Under the pieces are notes generated by a model. It was not told where the DNA came from and did no database searches. It saw only the letters and a list, made by a program, of their open reading frames with translations. Positions 1 through 11,175 of a stretch of DNA of 64,000 nt are shown here, in pieces. The number at the start of each line of letters is the position of its first letter. The first letter of the stretch is position 1. Source of the stretch: a virus (lineage: Duplodnaviria > Caudoviricetes); the IMG/VR virus record IMGVR_UViG_3300035515_000417, positions 23,961 to 87,960 of that record, one strand, 5' to 3'. The position numbers and the translations under genes are program-made.

Positions 1-1902
1 TTTGATTATGAGGTATATGTTTTAAAGCCTGACATAGTCACTGGTGACGATTCTGGTTCAATAGATATTATTATAACAGCATTGCAATCAGCTATAACAA
101 AATCAGGTAACAATAAATCAAATACTGGTATGACAGTATCAAATACAGCTTTACTTGAGCAATATTTTCAAAAGGCAACCACTAAAGATGGTAAATCAAT
201 AAAATTAATTGATAAGGATGGTAGTGGAAACATACCAGATGAATATAAGTTGGTAAAAGTAAGTAGTGCAAATGACCTTGATACAGGTGACACAACAGCT
301 ACACCTGGTAAGGATTTGATAGTAAAGCAGTATAATGTTCCAATGATGTCATTAAGGTTTAAAGAGTTTGACCAGACAGCTGTAGATAACTTAAATGCAT
401 TGATGGGTTTACAAGAGAATAAATATGTATTTTGTGAGGTAGCAGGTTCAAAAAGAGCTTACTTAATGGAATATCCAGTATCAGTATTATCTAGTATTGA
501 ACAAGTAGATGATAACAAGGTTAATGGTACACTTGCAAGTTCTGGTATAGGTGTGAACTTGTTTACTGGTAAGATAGTAAAGTATGATGTAGATTCTACT
601 GGTGTTAAATGGCTCGCATCTGGAACGGCTATAGATAATTCAGTAGAGAATTACTTAAATGTAGATGCAGCTTCAAGTAATAATGAAACATCTAAGAGTT
701 CATTTATACTGAAAGGAATGACAACTACCACAATAAGTTACAACTTGTCATCTGGTGAAGCAAAGCAGAATATAACGACAGGTAGAATTGTATTAAGAGA
801 CTATCTGGAGGCTACCTATGCACCAGGTTTTATAGATAATGAGCCTGTGGTCTCGTTTGGGCGAAAGATAAGAGTTAATTTCTCACAATGGGATGAATCG
901 GTGTACGATAAGAATAATGCTTATACACAGTATAGTCCATATTGGGACAAAACACAAACTTTTGGGTACTATGTAGATAAATCGGGTGACCGAATAGAAA
1001 CCTCACCAACACTAAAGATAACAGACCTAGCAGATATAAATTATCTAATGACTGGTACAACTTCAAGTACATGGACAAAGAACAAGTTGTATAGTATAGT
1101 AGAGCCTGGTCAAAAGACATCTAAGACAGAAGCTACAGCAGAGGCTGGTGAGGTACACTCAGCAGACCAACTTGAAAAATATACAGTGGACAGTAAGAAA
1201 TTACAGACTACACTTCCACTTCCAAGTAAGTATCTGGCTAAAGAAGATTTTGACAATGATACCACGTCAAAGCAGAGGTTTTATGTATTAGCTACCAAGT
1301 ATAATATGTTTGACACTGGACTGTTTAGCGATTGGATTGAAAGTACATCAAGTACAGCTTCATTAGATTGGTGGGACAGTTACCTTGCAACTTACAATTA
1401 TTTATATAGTCCTGGACATGAGGCTGTAAATAATTACTTGAAAACGAATTATGCATACGAGTTAAGTCAAAATGGTGTAGTTGTATTGGACCTTGAAACA
1501 GTAAGTAAGGTACAAGAGATATTTGATGATAAGACAGCTCATGACAGGGTATCGAATATAAGGACATTCTTTATGATACTTGGTTGGGTATTAATAATAT
1601 ATAGTATGATATTAATGCTCTGTTGGGGTGTAGATGCCAACATGGATATAGGTGTAAAGTTGTTAGAGAAAGCAACCTTTGGGCATTGGGTGGCTATTAA
1701 GTATGAGGATGATGTGCCATACATGAATACAAATGGTAGGACATATCTGACAGGTTCAAAGATGTTTATAAGATGCTTAATAATTATATCCTTAGGATTA
1801 ATAATTATATATGTGAACATCTTCACTGTAGTATTAAGGCTCATAGAATTGTTTGGTTCGTTCGCATCAAAGATAGAGAAAATAATTCTAGGTACTAGAT
1901 AG
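1..1902 (+). CDS. Large membrane-anchored protein, 5' truncated by the window edge; probable conjugation or envelope component
   Basis: Frame is open from base 1 (TTT GAT TAT...), so the track start at 82 is not the true start. T/S/D-rich body with two C-terminal hydrophobic helices (FFMILGWVLIIYSMILMLCW; FIRCLIIISLGLIIIYVNIFTVVL). Confidence 0.7.
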   Translation, partial: FDYEVYVLKPDIVTGDDSGSIDIIITALQSAITKSGNNKSNTGMTVSNTALLEQYFQKATTKDGKSIKLIDKDGSGNIPDEYKLVKVSSANDLDTGDTTATPGKDLIVKQYNVPMMSLRFKEFDQTAVDNLNALMGLQENKYVFCEVAGSKRAYLMEYPVSVLSSIEQVDDNKVNGTLASSGIGVNLFTGKIVKYDVDSTGVKWLASGTAIDNSVENYLNVDAASSNNETSKSSFILKGMTTTTISYNLSSGEAKQNITTGRIVLRDYLEATYAPGFIDNEPVVSFGRKIRVNFSQWDESVYDKNNAYTQYSPYWDKTQTFGYYVDKSGDRIETSPTLKITDLADINYLMTGTTSSTWTKNKLYSIVEPGQKTSKTEATAEAGEVHSADQLEKYTVDSKKLQTTLPLPSKYLAKEDFDNDTTSKQRFYVLATKYNMFDTGLFSDWIESTSSTASLDWWDSYLATYNYLYSPGHEAVNNYLKTNYAYELSQNGVVVLDLETVSKVQEIFDDKTAHDRVSNIRTFFMILGWVLIIYSMILMLCWGVDANMDIGVKLLEKATFGHWVAIKYEDDVPYMNTNGRTYLTGSKMFIRCLIIISLGLIIIYVNIFTVVLRLIELFGSFASKIEKIILGTR

Positions 1903-1936
1903 ACATTAAGGAACATTGAGGAAAGGAAAAATAAAT

Positions 1937-4900
1937 ATGAAACAAAGGATTGTTACAATATTAAAAAAGTTAATAATAGCTTTAATGTGTATAACGACCT
2001 TATCCAGTGCCATAGTGTCTGTTATACCTATAGCCAAGGCAGATAGTTTATCTGTATTGGGTACAAATAAGGCTTTGGGTTCTCCAATTTTAAATGAAAA
2101 TTTCACAGTAGATAACTGGAACAAATGGGAAATAGTTTGTTGGGGAGTATTCTTAAGTAATTTCTGTCAGCCATTGATAGATACTTATGAATCAGCCTTT
2201 AAGTCTGGAACTACAGGTTCATCTGGTGCAGGATATAAGGCATTATGCTTTGGTAGTGGTAGTGATGCATCAAATAATGAGACTATAGAAGCCTTTTGTG
2301 ATTATGCTATACAGCAACAGAAGTCAGCTTCATTAAGACAAGTTTATGTTACCTACTCACATGTAAGATACAGTGGTTTGACCAGTATAGCAGGTCAAGG
2401 TAATTTTTTAATAACAGATGAACAAGACCCTAACGTTGATGCAAAGGTGGCAAGGCAGGCTACAATATCAGATTTCTTTTTTAAGGATGGTAGTGATGTT
2501 GATACGACAAATGCTAAAGTAAAGGGTTCAAGTGTATTGAGTACAAATGTATTAGTGCAGAGTTGGTATACACATACAGTATCAATAGATGCATATGTAC
2601 CAACTTTCTGGATTGTAAATACAAATAAGCAGTACGTAAAGATTTTAGACTTTATGGACACCTGGGATATACAGGTATTTACAGCTATCATAAATGCTGT
2701 AAGAGAGACATATGAGTCTGACTTTACAACAGCTTTTGACAACTATGTAAATTCAAATGCATTGGTATCTTTGGACGTATTTGGAAATTTAGTAATGCCA
2801 GACAGAAAGATGTTCTTCCCAGCATCAGCTAATCAGAATATAACAGAGGATAAATCTATAAATCTGGTAAATAGTTGGGTGTTTAACAGTTATAATTCGA
2901 CATACTCAAATGATAACTTAATTGAGGGTGTAAAACAGGAGGCATTAAAAGCCATATTTATACCATATAGTATTTTATCTGGTCTTCCTGCTTTTACAGA
3001 GAGTAGTTTAGGAAATATAGGATTACTGTATTATGATACAGACTCAATAGTATTAAGTGATAATAACGTAACAATAACTCCTGGTGAAGCAGTTAAAGAT
3101 TTATTTGACTGTGATATAAACCAAGGAACTACTCAGAAATATCCATTAAAGTTTGAGATAGCAGGTTGTGATACTAAGTTTTCTCGTGGATTTTGGAAGA
3201 CAGTTACATTTAAGTCTAGGGATGACTTAGTTCAATCTAGTTTGGTGGCATCTGTATTGAGCAATAGAAATGATGGTACATCAGCACTGCCAGCTATGTT
3301 GAATTACATTGAGGCTACTGATGGTACACATGTAGATTTGTTTGACTCAGACCCAGTAATAATTCCAGTACAGCTGTTATCAAAGACTCAGGACGGTAAA
3401 GCTTTAAGGTATTTTTATAACTATTGTTATAAGGCATATACAGGTAAAATAACTAACCAAAGTGAGGGTGGAACATATTATACTAGTATGTTAAAGAGTG
3501 GCATGAGTATTCTATCCGCAACCACATTTAAAGAATTTAAGTCAGAGGCAAAGAATTTATGGGCAGGATTTAAGTCAGCTTATCCACAGTTCAAAAAAGT
3601 GGATTTCAGAGATTCAATGATACTTGACATAGGTGATAATGAGTCAATAAATCCAGACTCATTTAGATTAGTAAAAGTATACCCTATATCGGATGTGTTG
3701 AGGTCAGTGTCTTCTGTATTAGGATGTGTAGACGGTACAGAGTTTAGTGTGTACTCTACGATGATATACATGACTTATCTTGATTGGTACGGTGTAGCAA
3801 ATGTGACTACATTAACTTCTGGAACAGAAGGTACAAGTAATTTTGATAAAGACATATATGATTCATCTATTGACATGCTAAGTTTAGACCCTGGCGAATT
3901 AACAGATTTGAAGTCAGAGGAGGATATGGAAACAGAAGTATTAAATATGAGTTACTTGATGCTATCCCCTGACTCAGGACGTACATATAGAAAGACATTG
4001 ATATATAATGGAATATCAGACTTTTTATATGAGCAGTACAATAGAATGGTTTATGGTGGTGCTAGTGCAGATTATTCTGGCTCGGCTTCAAAGAGTAACT
4101 CAGGATTCTTTGCTATAGAGACATTTGATGAAAATCCACTAACAAGTTTCTTCTTAGAGAACTATGTAGATATAGCTGTGTGGATAATTGCAATATGTGT
4201 AGTAGCTTCCATAATAATAGGATTACTAAAGAAAAGAAAGCTAAGTTGGTTTGTATTCTCAATTATAATTGTGGTTAACTGTGTATTATTAGTCCCATCA
4301 TCAGGTGAATTAGTACCATACACCACATCGCACATAGTTAATAAGATGTTTAGTTCCAAAATGACTGCTTGGAGCATGTCAGAGGGTATAGCCAATGCAC
4401 AGCTTGAGAGTAATGCTCAATCCTCTACTGGTACATTTACAGGCATGACAACAGAAGAGGCTGAACTTGCTACAAAACTGATAAAACAGTTGAACGTAGT
4501 ATATACAGATAGGTCACTGATGCTTAAGCAGGATATAAGTCAGAAATTGACACAGGAATTAGGTGGTGTATACTCAGAAATTCAGTCTTTGCAGTCTGCT
4601 AGGTGGATATTACCAATGGTAATGGAGCAGTTCACAAATCAAGAGGATACTTATGGAAGTCTATATGTTAAGCTGAGTAATGTTTGGGATGACGCTAGTA
4701 ATCTGTATTGGTACTTTAACCCAGATGATGCTACAAATGTAACAAAGAAGACAGCAACTTCAAGTCAGTTTGTACCTGGTTCTGGTTCAGCTGTTACTAA
4801 GGTAGATACCATAGAGAGCTATGATTCATTGACAAGTTACTTCCAAGATTTTGTATCTTGCGATTGGGCAGATGATACTTCTACTAATGTAAACTATGCG

Positions 4901-6946
4901 AATTACTCATATACTTTGAATAATGACCTTAATAGTATAGTTCATACATATGCTTGGGTGTTACCAGACTCCACAAGAATGGTATACAGCAGAAAGCATA
5001 CACTTGGTACAAATGGTGAGGATTATGTAAATGCAGACTCATGGCAGAAATATATAGATAACATTACTGGTGCAGATGGTTCTTCAAAGAAATTAATGAA
5101 ATCTAACTTTGAAACCACAAGAACAAGTGATGATGTAGATAATAACTATAATAACGGTGGCTTTGAACAAATAGCAGATACATATGATAGAACAGATGCA
5201 TCCTCATTAAAGGCAGGGTTTAGCTTTTATAAACATACCGAATCACCTTTCTACTATTTCTTTGATGTAGTAAAGGATTCATTTAATAAAGATATAACAG
5301 CAGGAACAACTGCTGGTGCTACATTAGGAAGCGTAGTAGGAAAGTTACTTGGCACTATAGAGGAAGATGCAGACGGTAATGAAGTAAGGTCAAACTTTAT
5401 GTATGCAACTATAACAAGTGATAAAGAGGAAGAATCTTCAACAACTGGTAGAATTACTAATAGTGATGTAGCTTATACAGGATATGTAAGGGATGTACTT
5501 GACCTAGAATATTTCTTTAGTAATGTAGTACCGTACTTATATCAAATGACACTTGAAACAGGTGGATTTGATGGTGAATCTGGAATATTAGGTGACCTTA
5601 CAATTACGGATGATAGCGATTACTATGAAGGAAATATGCAATCATGGGCGTACAGATGTAATTGGGCAGTAAAATTAATGGAAAATCCTGAATTATCAGA
5701 CCCAATGACAGTAAGAGATAATGCTGGCAACAAGTATACTGTAAATAATCCATTATTACCAGAGTGTTACCCATCTAATAGACCAATGGTATACAGTGAA
5801 GCTCAAATGTATGCACTTGGACTTACAGAATATGACCTTAATGTAGTAGAGCTTAAGTGTCTACAAGTTAATGAGGACGTAGCTAAGACATGGACAATGC
5901 TTGTAAATTATGCTGGTACATCTGGTGTAACTAAAGAGGTCTTCTTCAGACAGATGGCTACAGATGCTACAATGATATTTGACACAGAGTTTAGTACTGG
6001 TGGAATAATGAATAATTTGTATAGCATTTATCCACAGTCAATAGATTTAAGATATTTGTCATTTGACAGTATTATGAAAATGTTGATGTTAAATGTATCA
6101 AAGAACTCAAGTTATGTATATGGTGATACAATGTCACAATTGATTGAGGACACTGATTTAGTAACCGCTTTGATATTGTTGTTAGTAGCATTTGCATGTG
6201 CTTTCATAATGCCTGGCATAAGAGTAGTATTAATGGCATTAATATTCTACTTAGGATTCACTGCAATAATAAGAGCTTTGTTTACCAGTCCTAAGGCAAA
6301 AGCAAAGATATGCTGTGGACAATTAATAAGTAACCTTGCATTTATGACCTATACAATAATATATTATGCTTCGTTCTCTTTAATGATGTCTGTTACATCC
6401 AGTGATGAGGTATTAAGCATAAATAGTATAACAACTAACACTGGAAATCCAGTATGGGTACTCTTATTAGTATTATTGTTCTCAATACTTTATATAGCAG
6501 CTATGGTAATTCAGATAAGAGCATGCATATTCAATTATAAAGATATGGGATTTGAAATGTATGCTCAGTTAGCAAGTGCAGCTGTTGATAGAGTGAGAGG
6601 TGCAATAGGTAGCTTCAAGGACTCAATCAGTGATGGCTGGGGTGATATAAGAGATGCAGTTAACGGAAATGGTTCAGGCTCTGGAAGTGGAGAAAAGAAA
6701 CAGGTAGGAATAAATGGAACAGGTAGGAAAGATGGTTCTACTAATACAAAGATAGATAACAGTACAAATACCTTGACCATAAATAATAATGGTGACAATA
6801 GTGATAGTGATATGCAACAAGACATGTTGGCTTCAGCTTATGAATCTGGTAGGGACGATGGTGAATCAGTAGTTGACTCACAGGCTACTACAGATAGCAT
6901 TAATGCTCAGATAGAGGCAGGAAGTTCAATGGGTCAAGAGGAATAA
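1937..6946 (+). CDS. Very large polytopic membrane protein (~1670 aa), VirB6/TcpH-like candidate of the T4SS-like cluster
   Basis: ATG 1937 follows AAGGAAAA. N-terminal signal/TM segment, two internal TM segments, a C-terminal block of about 5 TM helices, then a G/S/D-rich tail. The function is inferred from context only. Confidence 0.55.
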   Translation: MKQRIVTILKKLIIALMCITTLSSAIVSVIPIAKADSLSVLGTNKALGSPILNENFTVDNWNKWEIVCWGVFLSNFCQPLIDTYESAFKSGTTGSSGAGYKALCFGSGSDASNNETIEAFCDYAIQQQKSASLRQVYVTYSHVRYSGLTSIAGQGNFLITDEQDPNVDAKVARQATISDFFFKDGSDVDTTNAKVKGSSVLSTNVLVQSWYTHTVSIDAYVPTFWIVNTNKQYVKILDFMDTWDIQVFTAIINAVRETYESDFTTAFDNYVNSNALVSLDVFGNLVMPDRKMFFPASANQNITEDKSINLVNSWVFNSYNSTYSNDNLIEGVKQEALKAIFIPYSILSGLPAFTESSLGNIGLLYYDTDSIVLSDNNVTITPGEAVKDLFDCDINQGTTQKYPLKFEIAGCDTKFSRGFWKTVTFKSRDDLVQSSLVASVLSNRNDGTSALPAMLNYIEATDGTHVDLFDSDPVIIPVQLLSKTQDGKALRYFYNYCYKAYTGKITNQSEGGTYYTSMLKSGMSILSATTFKEFKSEAKNLWAGFKSAYPQFKKVDFRDSMILDIGDNESINPDSFRLVKVYPISDVLRSVSSVLGCVDGTEFSVYSTMIYMTYLDWYGVANVTTLTSGTEGTSNFDKDIYDSSIDMLSLDPGELTDLKSEEDMETEVLNMSYLMLSPDSGRTYRKTLIYNGISDFLYEQYNRMVYGGASADYSGSASKSNSGFFAIETFDENPLTSFFLENYVDIAVWIIAICVVASIIIGLLKKRKLSWFVFSIIIVVNCVLLVPSSGELVPYTTSHIVNKMFSSKMTAWSMSEGIANAQLESNAQSSTGTFTGMTTEEAELATKLIKQLNVVYTDRSLMLKQDISQKLTQELGGVYSEIQSLQSARWILPMVMEQFTNQEDTYGSLYVKLSNVWDDASNLYWYFNPDDATNVTKKTATSSQFVPGSGSAVTKVDTIESYDSLTSYFQDFVSCDWADDTSTNVNYANYSYTLNNDLNSIVHTYAWVLPDSTRMVYSRKHTLGTNGEDYVNADSWQKYIDNITGADGSSKKLMKSNFETTRTSDDVDNNYNNGGFEQIADTYDRTDASSLKAGFSFYKHTESPFYYFFDVVKDSFNKDITAGTTAGATLGSVVGKLLGTIEEDADGNEVRSNFMYATITSDKEEESSTTGRITNSDVAYTGYVRDVLDLEYFFSNVVPYLYQMTLETGGFDGESGILGDLTITDDSDYYEGNMQSWAYRCNWAVKLMENPELSDPMTVRDNAGNKYTVNNPLLPECYPSNRPMVYSEAQMYALGLTEYDLNVVELKCLQVNEDVAKTWTMLVNYAGTSGVTKEVFFRQMATDATMIFDTEFSTGGIMNNLYSIYPQSIDLRYLSFDSIMKMLMLNVSKNSSYVYGDTMSQLIEDTDLVTALILLLVAFACAFIMPGIRVVLMALIFYLGFTAIIRALFTSPKAKAKICCGQLISNLAFMTYTIIYYASFSLMMSVTSSDEVLSINSITTNTGNPVWVLLLVLLFSILYIAAMVIQIRACIFNYKDMGFEMYAQLASAAVDRVRGAIGSFKDSISDGWGDIRDAVNGNGSGSGSGEKKQVGINGTGRKDGSTNTKIDNSTNTLTINNNGDNSDSDMQQDMLASAYESGRDDGESVVDSQATTDSINAQIEAGSSMGQEE

Positions 6947-6958
6947 AATAAAAATATG

Positions 6959-7003
6959 ATAGACAGGACGTCTTTGAAAAATAATAGAGATGCATCCTGT
7001 CTA
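6959..7003 (+). terminator. Stem-loop after the large membrane protein gene
   Basis: ATAGACAGGACGTCT...AGATGCATCCTGTCTAT imperfect inverted repeat with an A-rich loop. Confidence 0.5.
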
Positions 7004-7152
7004 TTATATTACAGTCAGAGAATATTTTATACAGTCCAAGTACAAGTTAGTCAGAATACTTAAAAGTTGTGGTCTTGGATATAAGCATTTGAATGTATAG
7101 AATTTGTTATTATTTAATTTTAAAAAATAAATTAAAAGGTGGATATACAATC

Positions 7153-8523
7153 ATGGCTAATACAAAGCGTAGAGCTGAATATATAGATAGAAATGGAAAT
7201 ATGTTTATACCTATGAACGTTGAGGGTGGTTCCTATAATGAACACTTTATAACAACTCCAAAATTGGCTTGCATTATAGGTATAATAGTAGGCTATGTAG
7301 CAATAATAATGTACATAGGTTCAATAAATGGTTCCTTTATGGGTTATTTAATAACATTAGCAGGCTGGTCTGTTATAACAGTGTTCTTATTAAGGTTTGT
7401 AATATTTGAGGAAAAGTTCTATTATAGAATGTACCAAGAGTTGAAAGAACATGAAATTACCACACCTGCAATATTTTGGGACATAGCTTCAATAAAAGAT
7501 ACAGAAGATGGTGCTATAGTAACATATTCAGATGCAAGAATAGCAATAATGGTAAAAATTGACAGAGATACAATAACTGGTAAAGAATCCGATTTTAAGG
7601 AAATGCATTATGATGCTATATCGGACTTCTATAGAGAGGTAGTGAATAGTAGATACAGTTTCATACAGATGAATGTAATGGAACAAGCTGGAAAAGACCC
7701 AAGGCTTAGTGAGTTGAATAAGTTAGTTAATAATAGTGACAATCCAAATATTAACAGACTTATGGAATTGGAAGTAGGATATATAAAGAATATAACAAGA
7801 ACTTCCTTATATGAGAGTGACTACTTTATATTTTATACCACTGATGTGGCTAAGGTGGATACAATAATAAATGATATAACAGAGTGTTTGTTTAAACTAC
7901 TTGACGGAGCTTATGTAGGATACACAATAATGTCAAGTAAAGAGATAGTAGATTTTGTTAAAGACCAGTATGGTGTGAATTATTTCAATGCTACAGAGGC
8001 GAGCATGAACATGTTTAGTAGAAACTCAGTGAATATATTGCCACCATTCAATATAACTGGAATAGTTTGGAATAACTCAGAGGAACAGGTGTTAAATAAT
8101 AAAGAGCAGACAATATTAAAAGATACAGTGAACAGAATATCAAGGGAAACATTAAAGCAAGAAGATGTATCATTTAAAGAGTCAATATACAGAAAGCCAG
8201 TTAAGAAGAAAGTTGGTGTAGACTTTGATACACTTGGAGAATCAAGAGTACAAACGAGAAATAATTCAAGGCAGGTAATAAAGAGAGAACATATAAACCA
8301 ACCAAACCAAACAGCTCAGAGAGAGTCAGTTGAGCAAAAAGATTTACAGGAACAGAGATCAAATTCAAATAGTAACAGTAGCCAAGAAATTGGTTTGAAT
8401 GAAATAGGCAATGTTAAATTAGATAAATCAGTAAATCAAAACAGTCAGACTTCAAAACCAATACAAATGCCAGAGATAAGTTTTGATAACAATAGTGATG
8501 AAGATGGTTTCATTGATTTATAA
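7153..8523 (+). CDS. Two-TM membrane protein with cytoplasmic domain (PrgI/TcpE/VirB3-like candidate) and Q/N/S-rich tail
   Basis: ATG 7153 follows AAGGTGG. Two adjacent hydrophobic helices near the N-terminus. Lies upstream of the VirB4-like gene. Confidence 0.5.
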   Translation: MANTKRRAEYIDRNGNMFIPMNVEGGSYNEHFITTPKLACIIGIIVGYVAIIMYIGSINGSFMGYLITLAGWSVITVFLLRFVIFEEKFYYRMYQELKEHEITTPAIFWDIASIKDTEDGAIVTYSDARIAIMVKIDRDTITGKESDFKEMHYDAISDFYREVVNSRYSFIQMNVMEQAGKDPRLSELNKLVNNSDNPNINRLMELEVGYIKNITRTSLYESDYFIFYTTDVAKVDTIINDITECLFKLLDGAYVGYTIMSSKEIVDFVKDQYGVNYFNATEASMNMFSRNSVNILPPFNITGIVWNNSEEQVLNNKEQTILKDTVNRISRETLKQEDVSFKESIYRKPVKKKVGVDFDTLGESRVQTRNNSRQVIKREHINQPNQTAQRESVEQKDLQEQRSNSNSNSSQEIGLNEIGNVKLDKSVNQNSQTSKPIQMPEISFDNNSDEDGFIDL

Positions 8524-8556
8524 AAGTTAAAATTAAAAAAAAGGAGTAATACAGAA

Positions 8557-11085
8557 ATGAGAGTATTATTATCAGGAGGAATAAAGACAGACAATATACT
8601 AAGGGAAGTAGAGAAGAAATTTCAGTCAAGTGGCGAGGAATTTTTAGTAGTAAACTATATAGATACTGTGGATGACATATATAGTAAGGGTGATTATTTC
8701 GATAAAGCAATAATAACAGAGCAGAGTATAACAAAAGAGTACACAATAAATGATGAGGCTGCAATTAGAAAAAGAGTAAATGACTTTGCATTAGATATGC
8801 AACGTAGAGGTAAGAAAGTAACATATGTGTTCCTACTTAAATCTGAGGAAATAGCTAACATGGTTCAAGAGGAAATACTTCCAATTATAAGATTTAGTGC
8901 AGTAGTAGTTCAGCAACCACCTTATGCAGTAACATTTATGGCTAGTTTAATCATAACAGATGTAGGTCAGTTACCGGATAAAATATTATATCATCCAAAG
9001 TCAATAGTAGGTGATACAAGCTACAATTCCAATAACTCAGATACAGATTTGGACTTAACAAGTGATATGGATTTGAGTGACAATTATACAGTAAAGAATG
9101 CACCAAGTGATATGTCAAATCTGTTTGGGTTTAATGAGGAGGATAACTTGTTTGGTGATGAGGAGGATGACCCATTTGCATCCCTAAATGAGTTTGATAG
9201 CTTCACACCAGATGAGAATACAAGTACATCAGAATCAGAGTCAGAGGAATTTAACTTTGAGGATGGCCTGTTTGGTGATGAAAATAACAATATGGACCAG
9301 GCAGAACAAACATTTGAAAATAATGAGAACATTGATAATCAATTTGGTTCAAATTCATCAGATGGATTCAACTTTGAGGATGAAAATAGCCTGTTCATAA
9401 ATGACCCAGATGCAGCCAATTCAAATTCATCAGATGGATTCAACTTTGAGGATGAAAATAGTCTGTTCATAAATGATTCACAGCAATTTGAACTAAATCA
9501 AGAGCAGTTCGAGGTAGAGCAAAATCAGTTGGAAGATGAGGGAATAGAATTAGAAAATATAGAGCCACTTGGTCAGAGTTATGAAGATGCTCCTGAGTTA
9601 GTGGATAAGAAAGTAAAAATAAGTAAAGATGAGGAGTATACTGGTGATATGAACTATGAGGATGATTATGGAACAATGCAGGAAAATGATTTATATGCAA
9701 ATTATGACCCTAATGCTCCAATAGAAGGCTTTGATGATACAGTAGAGGATGACAGTTTATATGCTGATACATCAATGAATTATGATAACATGGTGGATGA
9801 CAGTGACCTGTATGGAAATCAGGGTGGAATGAGCTATGATGATAACAGCAACATGGGAAATGCAGAAGAAGAACTCTATAATGTAGATGAGGATATGAAT
9901 AATGGAAATAATGTAGGGTTTGATATAGATGCTGATTTATATGGTACACCAGAACAAATGGACGATGCACAGTCAAGTGTAGCTGAAGACCCTGAAGCTA
10001 ATATGTATCAGATGGAAGAGGAGAAGAGAGCAAGAGAGACTCAGCTCAGACAGCAAGATATGATGATGCAACAGCAGATGAATAACCAAGGTAAGAAGAA
10101 AGGTTTATTAGGTAGGTTTAAGAAAGGAAATGCACAGCCTCAGCAACCAATGATGGTACCTAACCAGTTAAATGTAAATGCACCAGTACAGAATAATGTG
10201 AATCCAATGGGAAACATTGGTAACATTGGTAGAGTAAATGCCACATCAGTACAGACAGAGTTAAAACCCTTTGCTGCTAGAGGAAACAATATAGTTGTAA
10301 CTGGTTGTGGTGGTTGTGGAACAAGTACAGTAGCCTACAATATAGCCAACATAATAAATCAGCTAGGATATACAGTGTTATTAATTGACCTTGATACAGA
10401 GGGTAGGTCGCAGAATTATATTTCAAGAGCAAATTATGAGAGTATGGAGCCTGATGGCGCTAACCTAATGGCTGCTGTAAATAGCTCTACAAATTTCCAG
10501 TCACATGTTAGCGTAGTAAAGAGTGGATTTCATTTATTAACCATGGGATTAGGAACAGATGTAGCACCAGTAAATGAGATGTTACAAGAGGATAGAATAC
10601 CAAGGTTCCTTAATATGGCAAAGTCAGCAAGTAATTTCGTAATATATGATGTTCCATTTAACAGTGCCAAGGGATACTTGAAAGATGTAGTTTACAGAGC
10701 TGATAACCTTGTACTTGTAACAGATGCAAGTAACTGGGGAGTAACAAAAACCATGTTGAGTGTATGTAACATAGAGGAAAATGATATGCAAGATATAATG
10801 TTTACTAAAGCTCAGTTAGTGTTTAATAGATATAGAAATTTGAGTAAGGTACTTGGTAAGAAAGTTAGGACTTGTTCAGATATAGCAAAGGTAATGGACC
10901 AGAAAGTCATAGAACTTCTTGGTGAAGACCCTGGCTTCCATTTCAGTGACCTCCATATAGCAGGAATAATTAATGATGACCCTGACTTTGAAAATGGTTG
11001 GTTTGATGATATACAATATTCAGATACTAAGAGAGGACAGGAGGTCTTCCTTAGATTAGCAGAGAGCATAGTATTAAAGAAATAG
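8557..11085 (+). CDS. TadZ/CpaE/MinD-like atypical P-loop protein with a long acidic linker
   Basis: C-terminal MinD/ParA-type fold: IVVTGCGGCGTSTVAYNIA (deviant Walker A with both lysines lost), VLLIDLD, FVIYDVP, DNLVLV, VFNRY. Central ~330 aa are D/E/N/M-rich. RBS AAGGAG. Confidence 0.7.
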   Translation: MRVLLSGGIKTDNILREVEKKFQSSGEEFLVVNYIDTVDDIYSKGDYFDKAIITEQSITKEYTINDEAAIRKRVNDFALDMQRRGKKVTYVFLLKSEEIANMVQEEILPIIRFSAVVVQQPPYAVTFMASLIITDVGQLPDKILYHPKSIVGDTSYNSNNSDTDLDLTSDMDLSDNYTVKNAPSDMSNLFGFNEEDNLFGDEEDDPFASLNEFDSFTPDENTSTSESESEEFNFEDGLFGDENNNMDQAEQTFENNENIDNQFGSNSSDGFNFEDENSLFINDPDAANSNSSDGFNFEDENSLFINDSQQFELNQEQFEVEQNQLEDEGIELENIEPLGQSYEDAPELVDKKVKISKDEEYTGDMNYEDDYGTMQENDLYANYDPNAPIEGFDDTVEDDSLYADTSMNYDNMVDDSDLYGNQGGMSYDDNSNMGNAEEELYNVDEDMNNGNNVGFDIDADLYGTPEQMDDAQSSVAEDPEANMYQMEEEKRARETQLRQQDMMMQQQMNNQGKKKGLLGRFKKGNAQPQQPMMVPNQLNVNAPVQNNVNPMGNIGNIGRVNATSVQTELKPFAARGNNIVVTGCGGCGTSTVAYNIANIINQLGYTVLLIDLDTEGRSQNYISRANYESMEPDGANLMAAVNSSTNFQSHVSVVKSGFHLLTMGLGTDVAPVNEMLQEDRIPRFLNMAKSASNFVIYDVPFNSAKGYLKDVVYRADNLVLVTDASNWGVTKTMLSVCNIEENDMQDIMFTKAQLVFNRYRNLSKVLGKKVRTCSDIAKVMDQKVIELLGEDPGFHFSDLHIAGIINDDPDFENGWFDDIQYSDTKRGQEVFLRLAESIVLKK
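9349..9476 (+). repeat. 56-bp direct repeat with 72-bp period inside the coding sequence (SNSSDGFNFEDENSLFIND twice)
   Basis: Copies at 9349-9404 and 9421-9476 differ at one base. Confidence 0.9.
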
Positions 11086-11175
11086 CCAAGAGCTAGAGGT
11101 GGTCTGATTCAGTAGAAATATTGAGTCAGACATAGCAATAAATAAGGAATCCTAAAACGAAAGGAAGTAAATACC

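Noticed and set aside
3580-6036. Perfect DnaA boxes TTATCCACA at 3580-3588 and 6028-6036
   Set aside because: Isolated and inside a coding sequence (both overlap Tyr-Pro-Gln codons); not clustered as in an origin.
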